A stretch of 64,000 nucleotides of DNA from Meyerozyma guilliermondii (taxonomy: Eukaryota), in contig CP128822.1 in NCBI GenBank assembly GCA_051546255.1, forward strand, positions 372,001 to 436,000, written 5' to 3'. The notes beneath the pieces were generated by a model. That model saw only the letters and a list, made by a program, of their open reading frames with translations. It was not told where the DNA came from and made no database searches. Numbering within the stretch: position 1 is the stretch's first letter; each line of letters begins with the position of its first letter. The position numbers and the translations under genes were made by a program. Shown in pieces: positions 54,961 through 64,000 of the stretch.

Positions 54961-55773
54961 AAAGAAAGGGTGAAGCACGCAATGTACAGAGTTTGATTCA
55001 AAAAAGTTTGGAGATTGTCGATCTTGGTTGTTTGAGTAGAAAGATGAGACGAATTTTTGCTTCAAATCTTCAACGCAGTCTAGATATCAAAATCCATGAC
55101 AATCTACATATTCATGCTCCAATCGAAAGCTTAGATCTGTAATTTGTCAGAATAAGAGAAATTTGAGAATTTTGTAAAAGTATATAATTGTGCACTTATT
55201 GGGTATGAAAGTATACCCCTGAAATGCAGAACACAACAAGCGGCAACTTACCACATTTCAGGATTCACAAAGAAGCATTCCATATCCTCAAGTTGGTCAA
55301 TGTAATCAACATCTATCAAGGTACAGCTGATCTTGCTGAATTTTTGCAGCCGTTTACCTGCATATAACTTTGGTCCTTTGCTCAATTCTCGAAAATACTT
55401 GAATGAGAATTGAGCTCAAACCAATAGATGATTTGAATTTCCGATAAAAACCTCTTTGCGGCTACCTACTATTCAAATGCTCAAAGCATTCAAGTTTTCA
55501 ACCTGTTTCTTTCAACCCTAGCTCCCTTAATTAAACAAAAAATTAAATCTCACCAGCCAACACCGCGTATCGCTAATACAACGCAGGTAAAATCAGGGAT
55601 AAAAGTCACCGCACTAAGGGTGTTGGGATCGATCTGGTCAAGTGGTATGGCGGTGTATGCTTGGTTTTGAAGTGTCATGCCTCATGTGGGATGGCGTAGC
55701 TTGATGCATGATAACGCATTTTCATCTGAACACTTTTTTGTGACCATGTAAATGGACCCCTGAAACTTTAAGA

Positions 55774-57807
55774 ATGAACATAAATTCTTTACCGTACGAA
55801 ATAGTCACAAGTTGCTTTTCTTACTTGAACACAGAGCTGCTCAGCAACATAATATTATTGGAGAACATTGATGATCACATAGTTCGAGCTGTAGCTGACC
55901 ATCTCAACCATTTATGCTATTCAAAGCGAACTCTAGGGATCTATGGAGGAACAATTAGAGGTATTGAAGGTATTGCAGGTATTGAAACCTACTATGAGAC
56001 GGATTTCGACCGGTTTCTACGCATACACAAAATTCTCGAAGAGAAGTCACTCAAATGTCCTCTTTGGTTCCATTGTTCGTGGAACCACACTTTTCAAATG
56101 CTTCAAAGTCTCGATGAAATCAAGCTGGTTTACAACGGCCAAGAATTGGGCATCCATGGCACCTTGATTGGCAAGGAGCTTCAAGACTATTCTATTTTTT
56201 CAGATCATGATATCAATCTCAAGATCACTTGCCTTTCATTGAGTTTCGCTTATAACTGTTCTATCAATTTGGATAATTTTCCGAAATTAAAGAGTTTTTA
56301 TGGCGAAACTTGCGAGACAATCGTTGACAACAATCATCCCAGCTTGGAGAACTTATATCTCAGAGAGGTGACTTTCAGCTCATTACCGATTAATTTGATA
56401 AAGTTGGTTGCGAAAAGGTGCTGGATAAAAATGAATGAAAGCCATCCGAAACTAGAAGCTCTCACAGTTTTGGCTCTAGAAGGCACACAAGAACCTTTCA
56501 ATTACTCCTCGCTACTCCGAATACTCTGGAACGGAAATTTGGAACATTTTTCGTATATCGGTTATGAGGTAACAGATGTGGATGAACTCATCTCCATGAT
56601 TGGCCCCAAAGTGCTACATTTTGGATTCGCTGGCTAATCATTTTCTAGGATTCCTAAGCTGCTACGCTCATTAAACTGCAATCGTAGTAGCGGTTTTTTC
56701 TTCCATGATCGTATCGGCCTGCAAACTTTGTCGGATTTTACTCAGATGACTTCCCTTACATTGAATAAGCCATCACATATCACTGGCACTTTGATATTAC
56801 CGCCCAACTTGCTAAAACTTTCGATTAGGTCTGCTAGTTCTAACGTCTTTCCGAAAGTTGAATTCCCACCAAAATTAGTTGACCTTGAATTGGAGCAATG
56901 TGGTATTACCCTGACTACCGGATGGCTAAATCCAGCCCGATTGAAGCGGCTTTCACTTTCAAGAAATAAGCTTTCATCTTTCAACGCATTTCTTCCCTGT
57001 TGTGAATTTTTGTGCTTGAGCGACAATAAAATAAAGAGAGTTCAAATCAGAGCTCCCGTTCTTGAGCACATAGACTTGAGTGAAAATATGTTGAAATCAA
57101 TTCCCAAGCTCCCAGCCAGTCTTCAAGTACTTGTTCTCAGTAACAATAGACTACATCTTTCCCGAATGTCTGAATTTCCTTCTAACTTGAAGCTTTTAGA
57201 CCTCTCGGGAGCTGGTTATGGAGCTCCTAAAAAGCATACATTCCCATCATCAATTCGAGAACTCCATCTTACAAAATTAGACTTGTCAGATATGAGAGGA
57301 GTCAAGTTTGCCAAAGGGTCAAAATTGAAAGAATTGAATATGAGCATATGTCGAATAAAGAAAATCAGCGATAGAATGATCGAGCTACCCCTCGGCTTGA
57401 AATCACTAAACTTGTGTCTCAATCGTTTGCAAAACATCGATGATTTGACCATACCGCAAACAGTTACTTTTCTAGACTTGAGAGAAAATGATTTGAATTT
57501 ATTGCAAGTTAAGTCTCATATTGAGACACTATACCTCAATCAAAATAGACTTTCACGTCTTGCAATTCCAAAGGATCTGGAGCTAAAGTTTCTTGACCTC
57601 ACACTGACTTTATTGAAGGGATCTTCATTTGATATCTTTGGCGCTGAGAAACTCACACAGCTACGTCTAGGGCAGTGGCATAAAGTGATAGACCTTTCGA
57701 AAATGCCAGTTAATCTTCAAGTATTGGAATATCAGGGTCCCGGTACTCTTGAAGTCGAAGGATTCCACAGGTATCCTGGTACAAGCATTTACAGACGTCT
57801 GCTATGA
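55774..57807 (+). pseudogene. F-box / LRR protein, copy 2 (single premature stop)
   Basis: MNINSLPYEIVTSCFSYL F-box start. ORFs 55774..56637 and 56728..57807 are in one frame, separated only by TAA at 56635, where copy 1 has TCA. Confidence 0.8.
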
Positions 57808-58129
57808 ATTTTCACACCACGAGAATAACAGCTAGAATACCCCAAATATGCAAGGAGCTGCCACGGTTCTGAGACTAAAATTTTCTTTCAATCATTCCAC
57901 TTTTATGGTTTACGTTTAAGTGTGCTTCAAAAGTTATAGTCATCTGGAAAGTTTTGGAGAATCATGTTAGAGTGTTAGATAAGGTATACGAGAGTTTATC
58001 TCCTCTATCGGTTTGAGCCTCTTGTTCTTTTCAGTGCTAAGTCTCATTGCAATTTGATTGACGAGTAAGTTCGCATTTCTGAGATCAATATTGGGTGCAA
58101 AAAGTGATAGTACCAGACGACATGGATGG

Positions 58130-59371
58130 TTAGCTCCTATCTATAGTATCATTGAGGAACTTTGCCGCCCGCTTGATACCAAAGTATTTTTCATCCAAGT
58201 CTGCATACCCAAGTTTAAGACCTTTAGCCTCGGCTGCATTGATTTTACTCATGACAGGGTTTTCGAAAACGAATACAGCATCATGTATACCCCATGGTTC
58301 AACATAGACATCGGTTCGGCAATGCTTAGTATCTCCATCCCGATGGAAATGGTGAATTCGAGGATCATACTTTCCCTCTGAGTTCCCATAAAGGACAGCC
58401 GAGAACAAAGGAACATCCAAAACTGCCTCTGCCCATCTTAGAGCTTCGTCTCTGAGCGACTCATCTTCACCACATACCATGAATACGCTATGGTTGGCAT
58501 CTTTATAGCAGTCGATGTCCCAATCTGCTTTGTTAATTGGATGTTGAGCCGGACAGTATATTGGGTCACTACGATCAACCGTTCCAAAACCTTCCTTAAG
58601 CATATCGCCTTTAAAAGCACCAAATCTGATCATATCTCGCTTTTCATTCTCGTAATATGAACGAGTGGGCTGCCAATTGTCGTCAGTAGGTTTAATGTCA
58701 AGCCAAGGACTAATAAGAATTAATGCTGTTGGCTGAACCAAAGTGCTCCCACTTTTCTTCAAGTACTGGGTGTACCCAACAGCCAAGTTTCCTCCTGCTG
58801 AATCTCCACACAAGATAATATTTGTGCTTCCAGCCTTTACTAAAGCTTCATATGTTTCATGTAACTGGTTCAATTGATGAGGAACATGGAACCCTTTTGA
58901 TGTCAATTTGTAGTCTAGATGCAAAATGGACAATCTGGACTGAGCCTCAGGATCAAGAAGCTTGTATATAGCAAGCATTGACACAATCTGACTTGGGGTT
59001 GTTTGCAAAAAGTAACCTCCACCATGAAGATATATTAATATTGGATCGGAGGGTTTCCTCTCAGGTTGCTTGACAAGCCAAAGAGAGTTGTTATCATGGC
59101 GGGTGCCGTATCCAGGAATCAGTTTTGTTTTAATTCTGTATAAAAATGGCACTAAATTGCCGATAATATAGTCGTTGGAAAAACTGGGTATATACTTGTA
59201 ATCGGAGAATTTATATGCCAAGGCATCTCTAAAGATTGTCAATTTGAGGCAGGATTTCAAGTCATTATGGTATCTTCTGAAGGCAGGGAAGCCCAAGTAG
59301 TACAATATTATCACCCATAAAAGTCGAAATGGAAGGGTTGCAAGTTTGCCTATGGTGCCCGCTGAGAGCAT
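58130..59371 (-). CDS. Steryl acetyl hydrolase-like alpha/beta hydrolase (Say1/Mug180 family)
   Basis: DPILIYLHGGGY oxyanion motif, GDSAGG nucleophile elbow, LISPW and EPWGIHD motifs. First ATG is at 59371. Confidence 0.85.
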   Translation of the reverse strand: MLSAGTIGKLATLPFRLLWVIILYYLGFPAFRRYHNDLKSCLKLTIFRDALAYKFSDYKYIPSFSNDYIIGNLVPFLYRIKTKLIPGYGTRHDNNSLWLVKQPERKPSDPILIYLHGGGYFLQTTPSQIVSMLAIYKLLDPEAQSRLSILHLDYKLTSKGFHVPHQLNQLHETYEALVKAGSTNIILCGDSAGGNLAVGYTQYLKKSGSTLVQPTALILISPWLDIKPTDDNWQPTRSYYENEKRDMIRFGAFKGDMLKEGFGTVDRSDPIYCPAQHPINKADWDIDCYKDANHSVFMVCGEDESLRDEALRWAEAVLDVPLFSAVLYGNSEGKYDPRIHHFHRDGDTKHCRTDVYVEPWGIHDAVFVFENPVMSKINAAEAKGLKLGYADLDEKYFGIKRAAKFLNDTIDRS

Positions 59372-60927
59372 ATTTTTCAAAATGCGGGGGAAATTGTGGG
59401 GTAAATTTTTCACGGGAAGTTCGCAGCTTTATAGTCGACAGTACATTGTACTCATTGTGCATATTACGTCATTCAAGAACAATGGAGCCTGGTCAGTTCT
59501 GAATTCGAACCCTATATGAAATTTTGGGAAACACAATATGAGATTTCGAGTACGAGTATAGTAGAATAATATGAGTTTGGATCCATCAATTCAGGTACAT
59601 TTCGTGCAATTGACCCAATCGGTACAATACTACCCATGGGATTCTCAAAGCGAGGATGGCGTGCGATTGTCTTTGTGCTGCTGAACTAGGTTTCTGAACG
59701 TGACTTCTAGTTAACCAAGAGTATTCCGAATCAAAAGTACACTTTCAATTAATTTGAAATTTTGCAATTTCAGAAAATTATACACTTTTCTCACAAAGTA
59801 CCATAAGAGTGCTCATTTGACTAGTTTCCTTAGATGTAGTGCTCTGTTATTTGAGCATTACCTCACAATTGACTTTGAATTGGTGATCAAATCTTGCAAC
59901 CAAATTTTGAAACATTTCATTCCAATTTGTTTCTGGTTGCAAACCTAAGCCACCGATAAGCGTATGGAATTAAACTCTATTTGTCCTTCTCATTAGCCCC
60001 CCCGGACTTATATTTTTGAAGCGTGAAGCAGCTTCTTTTGGAATTTCATCCTGGTTTTGTACTTGCTGCCTCTAGTGTTCCATGGCCTCTTGGTCCTTTT
60101 GTTGGAATTTGCCGTTCCTGGTACTTGCCTTCTTCCTCGTAGAATGACGATCGCAGAAAATTTCCGGTAGTATGCCAAGCTAGCTTTTCCCCTTAAAAGC
60201 TTCCTGATCGAGGTCTTGAATTTTTCACTGTGGGGGTACTTTAAGCTTTTGTTGTAATCTTTGCCATGGTTGGCGCAATATGGCCGAGACGTTTTGCTGC
60301 AATCTCCTGCGCAGTGGCTGCATCATACACTCCTCGATCAATACTGCGCTGCAACAATATCATTCCCTTCGTGATCTTCGATATTCTTCCTTTTGGGTGT
60401 TTTGTTCTGTTCCAAGTACCATTGATCTCGCTGGGTGCGGCTCCGTTCACACGGCTAATAACAATTTAAGTATTTGAAAGCTATTATTGATATTATTGAT
60501 AAAAGAATAGCTTATTGAATTGTAACTAAGTATTCTTTCAAGCCTGGAAACCTACAAACACATCATCCAATCAGTGCTGTGAAGTTGGAGCCGTGCGCAT
60601 GTTTACGAGCCGAGCCGTTCATTTCTTGCAGCCGAGGCGTGCGCGGTTCATAAATGCGGTGTTGAAAAAGTGATATGGTTTGCAACCAGAAATTGTCTCC
60701 TCACACAAATGCGAGAGAGAGAAACGGCTTGGTCTAGTGTATAGTGGGATAGTGGAAGTAGACAAAAGTGGCTTTACATGCTGAAAAGAGGTGGTTTTGT
60801 GGGTTTTCATGCGGTGCTTAAAAGTACCCCAACTCCGTGGTCACGTGATACAATTCAGGGTCCCGCGTTTCATTGCCGTGCGCCGCACTAAACTTTATAT
60901 TAAGTGGGAGCGCCTAAAAGTCTAATA

Positions 60928-63037
60928 ATGAATCTTAATGACTTACCATGTGAGGTAATCACACGGTGCTTTTCGTACTTGAGCACAAAACATCTCGTCA
61001 AAATATTACTGTTGGAGAACATTCCTGAAATATACTCCAAGCTGTAGCTGAGAATTGCAATAATTTATGGCATTCGAAGCAAGTTCGGGGGATCGATATA
61101 GGAACAATTGAAGGTACTGAAGGTATTGAAGGTACTGGAGTCTACAATGTAACGGACGTTGACCGGTTTTTACGAATACACAAGATTCTTGAAAAGAAGT
61201 CTCTCAAATGTCCTCTTTGGTTTCATTGTCGATGGGAGAACATTTTTAACATGAAGAAAGATCTTGATGAAATAAATCTGGTTTACAATGGCCAAAAATT
61301 GGGCATTCGTGTTGACTTCAAAGACCCGGCGTTTCAAGTCTATCCTATTTTTTCAGATCATGATATTAATCTCAAAATCACTTGCCTTTCATTGAATCCT
61401 TTTCCTGGATATTTCATCGACTTGAATGATTTCCCGAAATTGGAAACGTTTTATGGCGAATGCTGTGAATTAAGAGTTGACCCCTCTCACCCCAGCTTGA
61501 AGACCGTAATTCTCAACCTGGTGACTTTCAGCACATTACCGATTAATTTGATAAAGTTGTTCGCGATAAACTGCAAGATTAGAATGATTGGAAACCATCC
61601 AAAGCTAGAAGCTCTCAAAGTGTTGTCTCTAAAAAGTACACAATTACATTTTGATTTCACCTCGCTATTCAGAGTAGTCTGGAACGATGATTTGAAACAT
61701 TTTTCGTATACCATTCAATGGGATAGAGACGATGATGAATATCGTATGATAATGGAGGAGGATGAAGTCCTCACCATGGTCGGTCCCCAAATGACAAGCC
61801 TTGGATTCCCAGATCCAATTTCTGCTAGGATTCCCACCCTGCTACGCTCATTATACTCCTTGTATGGTGGAAGCCTCCAAAATTTGACTACCTTTACCCA
61901 AATGAGTTCCCTTACATTATGGGAGCCATCGGGTGACATCAACGATTGTAAATTACCGCCCAACTTGATCAACCTTACATTGCACAAACCACGAGGTATC
62001 ATCGGCTATAATTTTTCTTTACCGGCCAGCTTGCGCAAACTTTCGATTCAGTGGGCTCAATTTGAAGACTTGGAAGAATTCTTTCCACCTGAAATAGTCG
62101 ACCTTGAGTTAGCTTGTTGTGAAATTGAACTGACAGACGAGTGGCTAAAACCAGCCCGATTGAAGAGACTTTCACTAGAAACTAATGCGGTTTTAACTTT
62201 TAAAGCGTTTCTTCCTTGCTGTGAACATTTGTGCTTGAGCGACAATTCTTTAACGGAACTTCAAATTGAAGCTCCCGTTCTTGAGTATATTAACTTGACT
62301 GGAAGTAATTTAAAAGTAATTCCCAAACTTCCCGACAGTCTTCAAGTACTTGTTATGAGATTCGGAGAGCTAGAACTCTCCCAGATATCTGAATTGCCTC
62401 CTAACTTAAAAGTTTTAGACCTCTTCAGTGGTGGAATTGGAGCTTTTCAAAACTACACATTCCCATCATCAATTCAAGAACTTCACCTTAAGTACTTGAA
62501 CTTATCGTGTATGAGTGGAGTCAAATTCGCCAAGGGGTCAAGATTGAGAGAATTGGATATGGGATATTCTAACCTAATGACAATCAACAATAGAATGATC
62601 GAGCTACCCCTCGGCTTGAATGAGCTAACGTTGTATGACAATGACTTGCAAAACATAGATGATTTGACCATACCGCAAACAGTTACATTTCTAGACTTAA
62701 GTTCTAACAAGTTCAGTTCATTGAAAGTTAAGTCCCATATTGAGACACTATCCCTTAAAGGAAATTCAGCATTATCAGGCCTTACGATACCAAAGGATCT
62801 GGAGCTAAGAGCCCTTGATCTCAAAGGACTGGACTTGATCAATTGCCACTTGATTTAGTTGGAGCTGAGAAAGTTACACAACTACGTCTAGGACGTGAGT
62901 TTAAATTCATTGAAGTTGCAAAGATGCCAGTCAATCTTCAGTTTCTAGAATACCCTGGGTTCAATGAAATCGGGTTCGATGAAATTGAAGGATTTCACAG
63001 GTATCCTAATACAAAAATTTGGAAACGTATTCTGTGA
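60928..63037 (+). pseudogene. F-box / LRR protein, copy 3 (two frameshifts)
   Basis: The ATG at 60928 gives MNLNDLPCEVITRCFSYL, absent from the ORF track. A 1-nt deletion near 61030 joins it to ORF 61251..62858, and a second shift near 62843 joins the C-terminal ORF ending at 63037. Confidence 0.8.
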
Positions 63038-63364
63038 GTTTTCATATTATGGGTCGACGAGAAGAACAGCTAGAATAAATAGTCAAGCTGGTCACGGTGA
63101 GATTCAATGATTTCCGGGCTCAAAGGTAGATAAACCAATTTGTCGTCCTGGCTAGAAACCAGGAAATATTGTGGATTTTCTCATCCAAAAGTCTACAATA
63201 AACTTCAACCTACGGTACAAAATCCTTGAGCACAAAGGCTCTTCTTTCATATGTTAAAATGAATGGCAGGGGGAAGTTTATTGTCCCGACTTTACGAGAT
63301 GCGATAACATAGAATCGAAATGAAGATCAGGAAACTTTCGATAAGTCTACTGTTTTCAAAATAT

Positions 63365-63830
63365 AATATCGGTTCTGGTGCTTCTCAAGGAGTCTTGAAG
63401 GGTTGTAGATGGAAATGGTGCAAGATGCATACTACTAGCCTTGGAGAATTAGTAGTTACCCAACCTTGAATCAAGCTGATAACTAAATTTGGCCTTCAAG
63501 CCGTGCAATATGGTACTTTTGAGTATATTGTGGTCACCACGAAAAATGTCCGCGATATTTTCAAGGTGGAGGATTTCGTAGCACCACTTGTTTCGGAACC
63601 TTCCACCATCGTTTTGATTCAAAATGGAGTCGATATCGGTGCTGACGTTAACTTTTGAAGTCATTGTAATGGTACTCTATGTGCCCTTTACGATATTCTA
63701 GACTGAAAAGTTGTGATAATGCAGCTAAACGACTTGAAGAGCTGGTAATCGACTGGAGCCCACTGGGCATTCAAATGAAATGGACCTGTATTGATAAGAA
63801 AATGCCTCGCGAATTTGCAGCCATTTTATA
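63365..63830 (+). pseudogene. Decayed ketopantoate reductase (PanE/ApbA-family) relic
   Basis: Frame 63506..63658 reads QYGTFEYIVVTTKNVRDIFKVEDFVAPLVSEPSTIVLIQNGVDIG, matching the D-x-h-h-h-x-x-K and h-h-h-QNG motifs. It is flanked by stops, with an IGSGA remnant upstream. Outer boundaries are approximate. Confidence 0.65.
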
Positions 63831-64000
63831 GTACTGGTGTACTGATAAGAAAAGCAGAAGGAAATTATTGAGAAGAATGATGGAAACGGAAAGTTTAAGG
63901 AATAAAAAGGGAGGAAAGCAGAATCTGTTATCGTAACGTCATTTTCAGGTGCTTTGACCTGCGGAAGCTACAACTTTTTCACGGCTCTTGGCTTGGCATT

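Noticed and set aside
59490..59520. B-box-like GGTTCGAATTC on the minus strand
   Set aside because: No cloverleaf or A-box could be built around it, so no tRNA is called.
59970..60470. Minus-strand open stretches including CSHCAGDCS...YCANH
   Set aside because: No start codon in that frame, internal stops and no recognisable family; cannot be told apart from noise.
63449..63664. 71-aa minus-strand ORF
   Set aside because: It is antisense to the ketopantoate-reductase relic, which explains the region better.
39000..64000. Transposon or LTR search in the accessory zone
   Set aside because: No reverse transcriptase, integrase or transposase motifs and no clear terminal repeats were seen; solo LTRs cannot be excluded by eye.

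Overview
This is a fungal nuclear region from a budding yeast of the CUG-Ser clade: CTG codons sit at conserved Ser positions, and a complex I subunit is present. A Metschnikowiaceae / Candida auris-haemulonii-type origin is an inference from gene content only. The first ~31 kb is a compact run of intact housekeeping and transport genes: BUD6 (cut by the window edge), PSE1, RBG1, FUN12/eIF5B, NDUFA13, PHO13, YPD1, ALG9, an amino-acid permease, GSM1, an ABCG transporter, IPT1, an MNN4-like gene, two aldo-keto reductases, an MFS transporter and an FCY2-type permease. From ~31.6 kb the window becomes accessory and subtelomere-like. It holds a tandem pair of divergent Rai1/DXO-family nucleases, two orphan ORFs, a PRB1-like subtilisin and a Hyr/Iff-family GPI adhesin with a long promoter dense in RTGCAT motifs. 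It also holds a four-copy Rap1-like motif array, a decayed secreted-protein gene, three F-box/LRR paralogues that are all broken, an MDR1/FLR1-like DHA1 pump, a SAY1-like esterase and a ketopantoate-reductase-like relic. The best leads are the DXO-like nuclease pair and the F-box/LRR family. All calls come from reading the sequence by eye; no database searches were run.
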